Below, piece by piece: positions 15,728 through 24,555 of a stretch of 26,223 nucleotides of DNA; position 1 is the first letter of the stretch; the number at the start of each line of letters is the position of its first letter. The notes beneath the pieces are model-generated. The model did no database searches. It saw nothing but the letters and a program-made list of their open reading frames with translations, and was not told the origin of the DNA. Both the position numbers and the translations under genes were made by a program. Source of the DNA: Betaproteobacteria bacterium (GTDB lineage Bacteria > Pseudomonadota > Gammaproteobacteria > Burkholderiales > Thiobacteraceae). The DNA lies in the NCBI GenBank assembly GCA_043750335.1, contig JAYVBU010000249.1, forward strand, positions 1-26,223, written 5' to 3'.

Positions 15728-16482
15728 GCGATAAACAACTTTCCGATACTGCACAAGAAGTTGACGAGCATCGTCGCAACTTTATTGGCGCATCTGCCGC
15801 ACTGGCGGGCCTAACGGTTGCGCCGGGCGTTGTGGTGTATGGCTTAGCACATGCAAAGCCAGACGACGTGCCTGTCACCAACAAAGTTCGTTGGGGCATG
15901 TTGGTCGATGCCACAAAGTGTGCAGAAGGATGCACCGATTGCGTCAGCGCATGCCATACGGAAAATGCAGTACAAAGCGGCGCGCTTGAAACCGACCCGC
16001 ATTGGATACGCAAAGTTGAATTGAAAGACACGCGCACCGGCCGCAGCCAATCGCTGCCTGTGTTATGTCAGCATTGCGAAGAGCCGCCCTGCGTCGATGT
16101 GTGCCCCACCGGCGCATCGTTCAAGCGAGAAGACGGTATTGTGCTGGTTGATCGCCACATCTGCATCGGTTGCCGTTATTGCGTAATGGCTTGCCCGTAC
16201 AAAGCGCGCTCGTTCATTCACGAAACCTTGACTGACCAAAACCCCGATGTGCCGCGCGGCAAAGGCTGCGTCGAATCCTGCACAATGTGCGTACATCGCG
16301 TGGATCGCGGCCAACAACCCGCATGCGTCGAAGCATGTTCTAAGGCGGGCCATAACGCGATTATCTTTGGCGATTTAAACGATCCCAGCAGTGACATTGC
16401 GAAACGTGTCTCAGGACACCCCACGTCGCAGTTGCGTGCCGATCTGGCGCTCAACCCCGGCGTACGTTACGAAGGGCTTTAA
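15724..16482 (+). CDS. dsrO: DsrO periplasmic Fe-S protein
   Basis: Tat-like RRNFIG, CAEGCTDCVSAC, CQHCEEPPCVDVCP, CIGCRYCVMACP, CTMC; ATGA overlap with dsrJ. Confidence 0.96.
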   Translation: MSDKQLSDTAQEVDEHRRNFIGASAALAGLTVAPGVVVYGLAHAKPDDVPVTNKVRWGMLVDATKCAEGCTDCVSACHTENAVQSGALETDPHWIRKVELKDTRTGRSQSLPVLCQHCEEPPCVDVCPTGASFKREDGIVLVDRHICIGCRYCVMACPYKARSFIHETLTDQNPDVPRGKGCVESCTMCVHRVDRGQQPACVEACSKAGHNAIIFGDLNDPSSDIAKRVSGHPTSQLRADLALNPGVRYEGL

Positions 16483-16485
16483 ACC

Positions 16486-17694
16486 ATGGCATCCATCACT
16501 TTCCGCGAACTAGAAGGCAACAGCCCGCGTTACTGGTTTTTGCTCGGGTTTATTGCGCTATTTGTCGCGCTTGGATTAGGCGCTGCCTATTACATGGAAC
16601 ACCACGGCCATATCGTTACCGGCATGAACAACTCCATCGTCTGGGGCATGCCTCACGTATTCGCCGTATTCCTGATCGTCGCCGCCTCTGGTGCGCTCAA
16701 CGTAGCGTCCATCGCCTCCGTCTTTGGCAAGGTCATGTACAAGCCTTTGGCACCGTTGTCGGCCCTGTTGGCATTCTCCCTGCTGATGGGGGGGCTGACG
16801 GTCTTGATGCTGGACCTAGGTCGCCCTGACCGCTTGATAATCGCCATGACTTACCTCAATCTGAAGTCAGTTTTCGCATGGAACGTAGTGCTCTACACCG
16901 GTTTTTTCTCCATCGTCGCCGTGTATATCTGGACCATGATGGAAAAGAAAATGAATGGCTACTCTAAAGCTGCTGGTATGGCCGCTTTTATCTGGCGCCT
17001 GATTCTCACCACCGGCACCGGCTCCATTTTCGGTTTCCTCGTTGCACGTGACGCCTACAGCTCAGCCCTGCTGGCACCGATGTTTATCATCCTATCGTTT
17101 GCCTACGGCTTGGCTTTGTACCTACTGGTACTGATTGCTGCCTATACCTGGAGCGGTCGCCCGCTGGGTGATGCGGTTCTGAAGCGCTTGGGCAGGCTGC
17201 TTGCCGTATTCATCGGCGCCTCGCTGTATTTCGTCTTTGTATATCACCTGACCAATCTCTACTTCACCAAACAGCATGCCGTTGAGCATTTCATCCTGGT
17301 GAGTGGCGGCGTGTACACCACCGTATTCTGGGTGGGGCAAATCATCATCGGCGGCGTGATTCCGCTCATCATTCTGCTGAACCCGACCTTGCGTGCTTCG
17401 CGCAGTTTGTTGTTGGCAGCATGCTTGATGGTGGTTGGCGGCGGTTTAGCGCAAATGTACGTCACTATCATTGGCGGGCAAGCTTTCCCACTCGATATCT
17501 TCCCCGGCTGGGAAGAAAAAAGCGCCTTCTTCGATGGCGTGGTGCACCACTACGCCCCCAGCCTGCCAGAAATACTGCTCGGCATGGGCGGTCTGGCAAT
17601 TGCCTTGGCCATGGTGACGTTCGGCATCAAGATTCTACGTTTCATGCCGGATAGTCTAGCCGATGCGGAGATTGATCCGCATGCCAAGGCCTAA
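16486..17694 (+). CDS. dsrP: DsrP, NrfD/PsrC-family membrane protein
   Basis: TGMNNSIVWG, AASGALN, LDLGRPDR, many TM helices. Confidence 0.96.
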   Translation: MASITFRELEGNSPRYWFLLGFIALFVALGLGAAYYMEHHGHIVTGMNNSIVWGMPHVFAVFLIVAASGALNVASIASVFGKVMYKPLAPLSALLAFSLLMGGLTVLMLDLGRPDRLIIAMTYLNLKSVFAWNVVLYTGFFSIVAVYIWTMMEKKMNGYSKAAGMAAFIWRLILTTGTGSIFGFLVARDAYSSALLAPMFIILSFAYGLALYLLVLIAAYTWSGRPLGDAVLKRLGRLLAVFIGASLYFVFVYHLTNLYFTKQHAVEHFILVSGGVYTTVFWVGQIIIGGVIPLIILLNPTLRASRSLLLAACLMVVGGGLAQMYVTIIGGQAFPLDIFPGWEEKSAFFDGVVHHYAPSLPEILLGMGGLAIALAMVTFGIKILRFMPDSLADAEIDPHAKA

Positions 17695-17698
17695 TCTA

Positions 17699-17736
17699 CC
17701 CGAGCGGAGTGGGGCGTAAGCGCCCTCTCCAGCGGG
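17699..17736 (+). other. GC-rich stem-loop between dsrP and dsrN
   Basis: CCCG-AGC-GGAG-TG-GGGCG/TAAG/CGCCC-T-CTCC-AG-CGGG, followed by A6 (not a terminator on either strand). Confidence 0.5.
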
Positions 17737-17763
17737 AAAAAACCAATGCCCGCCGAGCGTCGT

Positions 17764-19161
17764 ATGAGCCGTTTCCTCGTCTCTGCCGCCCATAAATCCT
17801 CGGGCAAAACGACCGTCAGCATTGGACTATCCGCCGCCCTGACCGCACGTGGTCTCAAAGTTCAGCCCTTCAAAAAAGGGCCGGACTACATCGACCCCAT
17901 GTGGCTATCCGCCGCTACCGGACGCGCCTGCCGCAATCTTGATTTTTACCTAATGCAGCGCGAAGAAATTTCAGCGCTATTCGCGCGCCAAAGCCAGGAT
18001 GCCGACCTCGCCCTAGTAGAGGGCAATAAAGGTTTGTACGATGGGCTGGAGTTGGATGGCAGCAACAGCAACGCGGCTTTGGCCAAGCTCCTGAACCTGC
18101 CGGTCATACTGGTCATAGACACGCGCGGCATGATTCGTGGTGTCGCGCCGCTGCTACTGGGCTACCAAGCATTTGATCGCGAGGTCAATATCGCTGGAGT
18201 GATTTTGAATCACGTCGGGGGCAGCCGCCACGAATCGAAACTGCGCGCCGTCGTCGAACATTACACCGATGTCCCCGTGCTTGGGTGCGTACAGCACGAC
18301 AAGGCTTTGGGTATCGTCGAGCGACATCTTGGCCTCATGCCCTCCAACGAAGCAACTGCGGGCACACAGCACATCGCTGAGATTGGTCGGCTTATCGGTG
18401 CACAAGTCGATCTCACGCGTTTGATGCAAATTGCCGACAGCGCACCGCCGCTCACAGTTCAGCACACGCCTCAGACGGTGCTGAAAACGCCGTCAACACT
18501 ACGCATTGGCATCGCTCAAGACGAAGCTTTTGGCTTTTATTACGCGGATGATCTGGAGGGATTACGCGCCGCCGGGGCAGAGCTGATTTCTTTCAGCCCG
18601 ATCAATGACAAACACCTGCCACAGGTAGATGCCTTATTTCTCGGCGGGGGGTTTCCAGAGGTATTTGCACACGCGCTAGCCGCGAACCAATCGCTGCGTA
18701 GGGAAATTCACACAGCTATTGAATCGGGCATGCCAACGTATGCCGAATGTGGCGGTCTCATGTATCTGGCGCGCTCGATTTCCTGGAAAGGGGAAACACA
18801 CAACATGGTGGGCGTCGTACCAGGCGATGTAGTGATGCACGAAAAACCCGTTGGTCGTGGCTATGTACGCCTGAAAGAAACCGCGAATTTCCCTTGGCCG
18901 AGCGACACACCACCGACCACCGTCATGGCGCACGAATTTCATTACTCGAGCCTGGAAAATCTGCCCAAAAATTTACACTACGCCTACGAAGTCGAGCGCG
19001 GCTTCGGCATCGACGGTCAGCATGACGGGCTCGTGTATAAAAATCTGCTCGCCGCCTACACGCATTTACGGAGCTTGCAAGGTTATAACTGGTCCGCGCG
19101 TTTCGTGGCGTCGATACATCAGCATCTCACAGCGCGCACCACTGCGCGTGCGACAAGCTAA
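17764..19161 (+). CDS. dsrN: DsrN siroheme amidase (CbiA/CobB family)
   Basis: AAHKSSGKTT, FKKGPDYIDP, VEGNKGLYDG, glutaminase YAECGGLMYL and HEFHYS. Alternative start 17746. Confidence 0.93.
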   Translation: MSRFLVSAAHKSSGKTTVSIGLSAALTARGLKVQPFKKGPDYIDPMWLSAATGRACRNLDFYLMQREEISALFARQSQDADLALVEGNKGLYDGLELDGSNSNAALAKLLNLPVILVIDTRGMIRGVAPLLLGYQAFDREVNIAGVILNHVGGSRHESKLRAVVEHYTDVPVLGCVQHDKALGIVERHLGLMPSNEATAGTQHIAEIGRLIGAQVDLTRLMQIADSAPPLTVQHTPQTVLKTPSTLRIGIAQDEAFGFYYADDLEGLRAAGAELISFSPINDKHLPQVDALFLGGGFPEVFAHALAANQSLRREIHTAIESGMPTYAECGGLMYLARSISWKGETHNMVGVVPGDVVMHEKPVGRGYVRLKETANFPWPSDTPPTTVMAHEFHYSSLENLPKNLHYAYEVERGFGIDGQHDGLVYKNLLAAYTHLRSLQGYNWSARFVASIHQHLTARTTARATS

Positions 19162-19187
19162 TTCAAATTCATTAGGAGAGCATTGCA

Positions 19188-19523
19188 ATGGCGCAATTTT
19201 TTATCGTCACCCCTCAAGCGGCAGAACAAATAAAATCCGCCGCCCAGCAAAGTGAGGAAATGGCAGAGCCCACCTTACGCATCGCTGCGCGTACTTTGCC
19301 CGATGGCAGCATTGATTACAGCATGGGCTTTGATGAGCAACGCGAATTCGATTTAGAGATCGCCGCCCATGGCGTCAGCGTTCTCATTGGCCCCAGCAGC
19401 CGCCCCTTTCTGGAAGGCGTCACGCTTGATTTTGTAGAGATGGAGCCGGGCCAGTTTCATTTTATTTTCATTCCGCCGCCCGTTGCGGCAAGCCAAGACA
19501 AGGCCGGCGAAGGCCGCGCATAA
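19188..19523 (+). CDS. dsrR: DsrR, IscA-like protein lacking Fe-S ligands
   Basis: IscA-like pattern (VTPQAAEQI, LRIAA, DYSMGFD, LEGVTLDFVE, FIFI) with no Cys; follows dsrN. Confidence 0.85.
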   Translation: MAQFFIVTPQAAEQIKSAAQQSEEMAEPTLRIAARTLPDGSIDYSMGFDEQREFDLEIAAHGVSVLIGPSSRPFLEGVTLDFVEMEPGQFHFIFIPPPVAASQDKAGEGRA

Positions 19524-19546
19524 CTGCGAAATCTATCGGGGCAGCC

Positions 19547-21007
19547 ATGCAAACATTCGACGTGATCGTGATCGGCAGCGGGCCCGGCGGCTACAAGGCA
19601 GCGCTGTCTGCCGCGCAGCGCGGCGTCAAAGTTGCGCTCATCGAAAAATCTTTGCCCGGCGGCACGTGCCTCAATCAAGGATGCATCCCCAAAAAAACCA
19701 TCTTGCATTTAGCCTCCCTAATCGAAGACATGCAGCACTTACAAGGGCGCGGCTTGGTCGGCCAGGTTAAAGGCGATTTCCGTGCCGCAATGCGGCACAA
19801 AGAAGACGTGGTTGTTGGTATCCGCAATAATTTTCCGGTCTGGCTGCGGCGCTTGGGTGTGAAGATTTTTCATGGCAATGGCCGCTTCGTCGCGCCTTAT
19901 CAGATTGAAGTGGAATCGCACGACCCTCTACTCGCACAAGACCGTGCACACCAGCGCCATCAGCATTTGACCGCGCCTAAAATTATCATCGCCACCGGTG
20001 CAACACCGATCACCTTGGCAGAGTGTCCGATTGACGGCAAGATCGTCATGACCTCGCGCGAATTCATGTTTGATTTAGTAGAGCAGCCGGAATCTATGCT
20101 CTTTGTCGGCGGTGGCACGGTCGGGGTTGAATTAGCGTATTTCATGCATCAATACGACACCCATGTACGCATCGTAGAAAAAACAGACAGATTGCTTCCC
20201 TACGCGCGCATCCCCGATCACGCTTGCACAACGCTAGAACAAAAATTCAAGCGCATCAACCTCGATTACCGCATCAACACTACCGTCACCCATTGCGACA
20301 TATCGAGCGGAAAAGCCATGATAACGTTCAGCGATGGCAGTCAAGCCAGCTTCGACAAGGTGCTGGTCGCTGTAGGTCGCAGCCCCGTCATTGCAGGGCT
20401 GGCGCTAGATCAAGCCGGCATCGCGACCAATGAAGAAGGCTTCATCGCCACATCGGAATATCTCGAAACCAACGTGCCTGGCATTTATGCCATTGGCGAC
20501 GTGAAGCCGGGTCCAATGACCGCGAACGCTGCCCTACACGATGCTAAAATCGCGGCCGCCAATGCAGTTGAAGGTAATCAATTCACTTTCAACTATTTCA
20601 AAGTACCGATGGTGATTCATTCAGCAGTAGAGATTGCTGCCGTCGGCCTCACCGAAGAACAAGCCGAAGCAGCGGGTTTTGATGCTGAAACGGCGCGCAC
20701 CAGTTTCGGCGGCTCAGGTAAAGCACGTGCTTACCATGACACCGAAGGCTTCGTCGAAGTGGTACATGATGCAGAGACGGGCCAATTGCTCGGTGGTTGC
20801 GTCGTCGGCCCAGAGGCGGGGGAACAAATTCAAATGATGACTGCCGCTTGCCAATCGGATCGCGGCTTGTGGTTCTTTAAAGAGTTATCTTACAGCCATC
20901 CTTCATGGGCGGAGGAGTTTGAAACAGCCATCGAACCGTGCACTTCGGCGCTTTCAAAATCTAAAAACGAAATTTTCCGTCCGGGCATTTACGCAGCGCA
21001 TGAATAG
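19547..21007 (+). CDS. Class I pyridine nucleotide-disulfide oxidoreductase (dihydrolipoamide dehydrogenase-like)
   Basis: GSGPGG, GGTCLNQGCIPKK redox disulfide, IATGA, VGGGTVGVE, YAIGDV, HPSWAE His-Glu dyad. Confidence 0.92.
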   Translation: MQTFDVIVIGSGPGGYKAALSAAQRGVKVALIEKSLPGGTCLNQGCIPKKTILHLASLIEDMQHLQGRGLVGQVKGDFRAAMRHKEDVVVGIRNNFPVWLRRLGVKIFHGNGRFVAPYQIEVESHDPLLAQDRAHQRHQHLTAPKIIIATGATPITLAECPIDGKIVMTSREFMFDLVEQPESMLFVGGGTVGVELAYFMHQYDTHVRIVEKTDRLLPYARIPDHACTTLEQKFKRINLDYRINTTVTHCDISSGKAMITFSDGSQASFDKVLVAVGRSPVIAGLALDQAGIATNEEGFIATSEYLETNVPGIYAIGDVKPGPMTANAALHDAKIAAANAVEGNQFTFNYFKVPMVIHSAVEIAAVGLTEEQAEAAGFDAETARTSFGGSGKARAYHDTEGFVEVVHDAETGQLLGGCVVGPEAGEQIQMMTAACQSDRGLWFFKELSYSHPSWAEEFETAIEPCTSALSKSKNEIFRPGIYAAHE

Positions 21008-21045
21008 CCATTTTTTCTAACGAAATATTACTGAGTTAAACGCTT

Positions 21046-22485
21046 ATGGAATTCCTCCCCATCTTTATGAATCTGCGCGGTGCTAGCTGCCTCGTTGTCG
21101 GTGGCAATGAAATTGCCGCGCGCAAAGCCGCCCTCCTCCTACAAGCAGGCGCGCATGTAACGGTTGTCGCACCTACACTCGCAGCAGCATTCTCAGATCT
21201 CGCCCCGCAAGATCGCCTACAACATCAATATGGAGAATTCGAGTCTTCGCTGCTCAATGGCAAGACCCTCGTGATCTGTGCGCATGAATCTGAAAGCATA
21301 AGCCGCATCGTTTCTGAAGCCGCCAAGGCGCGGCAGATACCGGTTAATGTCGTGGACACGCCCGCACTCTGCTCATTTATCCTACCCTCCATCATTGATC
21401 GCTCGCCGATACTCGTAGCAGTCTCCAGCGGCGGCGCATCTCCCGTGCTGGCGCGCATGCTACGCGCGCGATTAGAGACGCTGATTCCCTCCGCATACGG
21501 ACGTCTCGCCACCCTCGCCGGGCAATTCCGCGACAAAGTAAAACAACGTTTTACCCGCTCTGAAAACCGGCGTATTTTTTGGGAAAAAGTATTTCAAGGC
21601 CCCATCGCAGAGATGGTGTTCGCCGGGCAGGACCAAGCCGCGCATCAAGCGCTGGACGACATGCTCTCGCAACAAACCGAATCCGAGCATCCGATGGGCG
21701 AGGTGTATTTGGTGGGTGGTGGCCCAGGCAATCCTGACCTACTTACCTTCCGTGCGCTGCGCTTAATGCAGCAGGCCGACGTGGTCGTGCATGACAATTT
21801 AGTGACTCCCGCAGTACTCGATATGGCACGACGTGACGCTGAGCGTATCTACGTCGGAAAACAACGCGACAACCACGCCCTACCGCAAGAAGGCATCAAC
21901 GAACTGTTAGTGAGACTGGCAAAAGAAGGCAAGCGCGTACTGCGACTCAAAGGCGGCGACCCTTTCATCTTCGGGCGCGGCGGCGAGGAAATCGAAACTT
22001 TGGCGCAGCATGGCGTACCGTTCCAAGTGGTACCAGGCATCACCGCCGCATCCGGCGTCGCCTCCTATGCCGGCATCCCCCTCACCCATCGCGATCACGC
22101 GCAAGCCTGTATCTTCGTCACCGGCCATCTCAAAGACGGCAGCATGGACCTGGATTGGGAAATGCTCGCGCGCCCCAAACAAACCATCGTGATCTACATG
22201 GGCCTACACGGCCTGCCATCGCTGTGCGAGCAACTCATCAAACATGGCCTGACCAATGACACCCCCGCCGCCATCGTGCAGCAGGGCACGACCTCAAAGC
22301 AACGCGTCGTCACCGGCACTTTGGCAACGTTGCCCGACATCGCCGCCGAAGCCAAACTACAAGCGCCCACGCTCATCATCGTCGGCAGCGTCGTCTCGCT
22401 ACATCACAAACTGAAGTGGTTCAATCCGAAAGATTCAAAGGACAAGCTGGAAGCGGCGCCGTTGCAGGAAGAAAAAACTCGCTGA
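21046..22485 (+). CDS. cysG: Siroheme synthase CysG
   Basis: LPIF...NVVD...IDRSP..VAVSSGG N-terminal module; methyltransferase [38 protein letters not shown]. Confidence 0.96.
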   Translation: MEFLPIFMNLRGASCLVVGGNEIAARKAALLLQAGAHVTVVAPTLAAAFSDLAPQDRLQHQYGEFESSLLNGKTLVICAHESESISRIVSEAAKARQIPVNVVDTPALCSFILPSIIDRSPILVAVSSGGASPVLARMLRARLETLIPSAYGRLATLAGQFRDKVKQRFTRSENRRIFWEKVFQGPIAEMVFAGQDQAAHQALDDMLSQQTESEHPMGEVYLVGGGPGNPDLLTFRALRLMQQADVVVHDNLVTPAVLDMARRDAERIYVGKQRDNHALPQEGINELLVRLAKEGKRVLRLKGGDPFIFGRGGEEIETLAQHGVPFQVVPGITAASGVASYAGIPLTHRDHAQACIFVTGHLKDGSMDLDWEMLARPKQTIVIYMGLHGLPSLCEQLIKHGLTNDTPAAIVQQGTTSKQRVVTGTLATLPDIAAEAKLQAPTLIIVGSVVSLHHKLKWFNPKDSKDKLEAAPLQEEKTR

Positions 22486-22508
22486 ACTTGAGGCCGCCAC
22501 CCCGGCCA

Positions 22509-23174
22509 TCAATTCCCGCTCGGGCCGCGTGTCGCGAACTTATGCTCTACCGCAAACACCGCTGCTTCTACGCGCGACGAAAGATTTAGCTTAGCAAGAA
22601 TGTGCCGTACATGGAGCTTGACGGTGTCGTGGCTGATATTAAGGGCGCGGGCAATTGCCTTATTGGATTGGCCCCGGCTTAGGTAGGAAAGTATCTCGCG
22701 CTCGCGCTGGGTGAGTTGCGTCAGCAGCGAATCCGAGGTGCCCTGCTTTTGATCCAATAGATTAACCAGCTTGCCGGTCATCTCCGGCGCGACGACAGTT
22801 TCACCGCGCGCTGCGCGCAGGACTGCGTCTTCTACATCATTCGGTTCCATATTTTTTAACAAATAACCGCGCGCACCTGCGCGCAGTGCGGCAGCTAAAT
22901 CTTCTTGCGAATCGCTTACGGTTAGCAGCAAGCACGGCAAGGTGTAGCCCGCTTCTCGCAACTGGTTTAACAGGGTGATGCCATCGGTGCCAGGCATGTT
23001 GAGATCGAGCACGGCCACATCGGGTTTGTGTTCATCCAAAATGGCGGTCGCTTCGCTAGGCTTACCGGACATGGCGACGACTTTTACCTTGCCGTGGCGC
23101 TCCAGTAGCTCGGCCAAGCCCATGCGAAACAAGGTGTGGTCATCAAATAAAACGATTCTGATTGCTTCGCTCAT
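22509..23174 (-). CDS. NarL/FixJ-family response regulator (REC + LuxR HTH)
   Basis: DDH, VLDLNMPG phospho-Asp, LTVS, GYLLK, LTQREREIL, GQSNKAIA, TVKLHVRHIL. Confidence 0.94.
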   Translation of the reverse strand: MSEAIRIVLFDDHTLFRMGLAELLERHGKVKVVAMSGKPSEATAILDEHKPDVAVLDLNMPGTDGITLLNQLREAGYTLPCLLLTVSDSQEDLAAALRAGARGYLLKNMEPNDVEDAVLRAARGETVVAPEMTGKLVNLLDQKQGTSDSLLTQLTQREREILSYLSRGQSNKAIARALNISHDTVKLHVRHILAKLNLSSRVEAAVFAVEHKFATRGPSGN

Positions 23175-24337
23175 GCCGCGCTTACCTTCCGTTGAGTGGC
23201 GGGAAACTCGAGGTACACGCGCATCCCTATGCCAATATGACTTTCAAAAATGATGTCGCCGCCGAGCCGCTGCGCGCGTTCGCGCATGATGTTCAAGCCC
23301 AGATGCATGCCGGGGCCGGCATCATGCGCATTAAGGCCGATGCCGTCATCTTGCACCGTCACCGCATATTTTCGGTCGATAAGCTCGATGCTAATACGCA
23401 CGTTTCGCGCGTGTGAATGCTTAGAGATATTCGCCAACGCTTCTTGCACGATGTAGAAAACTTGTACTTCTTGATCCGGTATTAAGTCGATGTCGCTTAC
23501 GCGATTAGCAAACACAACTTCGACGCCGGTGCGATTGTGAAAACTTTGAATCACATCCTCCAGCGCAGGTAACAAGCCGCGCGGGTCCATTTTTTGGCGG
23601 AATTGATTTAATAATTCACGCAGGCCTGAATAGGCGGTTTCCATCGCGTCATCTACTTGCGCGAGATATTTGTCGGTATTCGGTTTATCGCCGTCGTGGA
23701 TCGCCTCATTTAGCAGTGCTAAGCGCATTTTCATATACGCTAAAGTTTGCGCGAGTGAATCGTGAATTTCATTCGCCAACATTTGCCGCTCATCCATGAT
23801 GGTGATACGCAAATTTTCGCGCGTGAGACGCGCATTTTCTAGCGCCATACCCAGATGCTCGCTGATGGAGAGAAACAACAGAGATATTTCTTCCGGGATA
23901 GGCCGGTCATCGGGCATGAACAGGTTGTACACGCCCATGATCTTGCCTTTGTGCCGTAATGGCACGGCAATCACCTCTTTGCAGCGATTGCCGAAAAAAT
24001 CCAGCGCCATAGTCTCATGACACACCAGCCCGGCAGGATCGGATTGAATGCCAACCTCATGCGCCGCACGACCACACACGCCGCAACCAATCGGTACGAG
24101 ATACTCGCGATCAATCACCTCTTGCGGCAAGCCTATCGCACCCACCATACGCATGTGCGCGCCATCCGCAGTCAGCACCCGTACCGCCCCCCCACCCGCC
24201 CCGGCGAGCCGTATCATGGTCTGCAAGAAACGATCCAGCAGATGCTCCAGATCGGCATCACTGCTGAGGCTGGTCGCGATCTCTGAGAACGCCCGCATGG
24301 CGGGGATTTTGTATCGGCTACGCTCTTCGGAATCCAT
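23171..24337 (-). CDS. Soluble GAF-HisKA_3-HATPase sensor kinase, NarX/NarQ-like
   Basis: GAF (IAVPL...MGVYNLF), H-box ERQMLANEIHDSLAQTL, QEALANISKHS, VQDDGIG, HLGLNIMRERA; no hydrophobic TM span; ATGA overlap with the regulator. Start uncertain (24337, 24421 or 24298). Confidence 0.9.
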   Translation of the reverse strand: MDSEERSRYKIPAMRAFSEIATSLSSDADLEHLLDRFLQTMIRLAGAGGGAVRVLTADGAHMRMVGAIGLPQEVIDREYLVPIGCGVCGRAAHEVGIQSDPAGLVCHETMALDFFGNRCKEVIAVPLRHKGKIMGVYNLFMPDDRPIPEEISLLFLSISEHLGMALENARLTRENLRITIMDERQMLANEIHDSLAQTLAYMKMRLALLNEAIHDGDKPNTDKYLAQVDDAMETAYSGLRELLNQFRQKMDPRGLLPALEDVIQSFHNRTGVEVVFANRVSDIDLIPDQEVQVFYIVQEALANISKHSHARNVRISIELIDRKYAVTVQDDGIGLNAHDAGPGMHLGLNIMRERAQRLGGDIIFESHIGIGMRVYLEFPATQRKVSAA

Positions 24338-24420
24338 ATCGTGGTAGGTAAATGATGCCGGTTTTAGGCTGGTTTGCACGCACAGCCAGTGGCGCTCTGA
24401 GACCAGCGATTTTAGACACA

Positions 24421-24436
24421 CGGCACACTATTTGCA
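24421..24436 (+). promoter_or_regulatory. Putative sigma54 -24/-12 promoter facing the thioredoxin gene
   Basis: CGGCACACTATTTGCA: GG-N10-GC, differing from TGGCAC-N5-TTGCW only at the first base. Confidence 0.55.
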
Positions 24437-24451
24437 ACCGCGACACCACTG

Positions 24452-24471
24452 TTGTTTTCACGTAAAAACAA
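24452..24471. promoter_or_regulatory. 20-bp near-perfect palindrome (operator-like)
   Basis: TTGTTTTCAC|GTAAAAACAA, 9 of 10 pairs complementary; overlaps an IHF-like AAACAAATAGTTA (24466-24478). Confidence 0.45.
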
Positions 24472-24555
24472 ATAGTTAGCAACGCTCAATAAAGGGCCTG
24501 CGCGGCCGTTACCATACTATGATTCATAGCTGACTCTCTACCGGATGGATTTATT

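Noticed and set aside
19547-21007. Mercuric reductase (MerA) or glutathione reductase call
   Set aside because: No C-terminal Cys-Cys or N-terminal metal-binding domain; CLNQGCIP and the Glu-type NAD site fit Lpd-like proteins better.
6959-22485. Selenocysteine or readthrough in dsr genes; dsrS/dsrT/dsrD
   Set aside because: All frames are complete with no in-frame TGA at Cys positions, and no ORF resembling DsrS, DsrT or DsrD was recognised.
22489-22511. Bidirectional terminator between cysG and the regulator
   Set aside because: A short GGCCG/CGGCC hairpin exists but has no U-tract on either strand.
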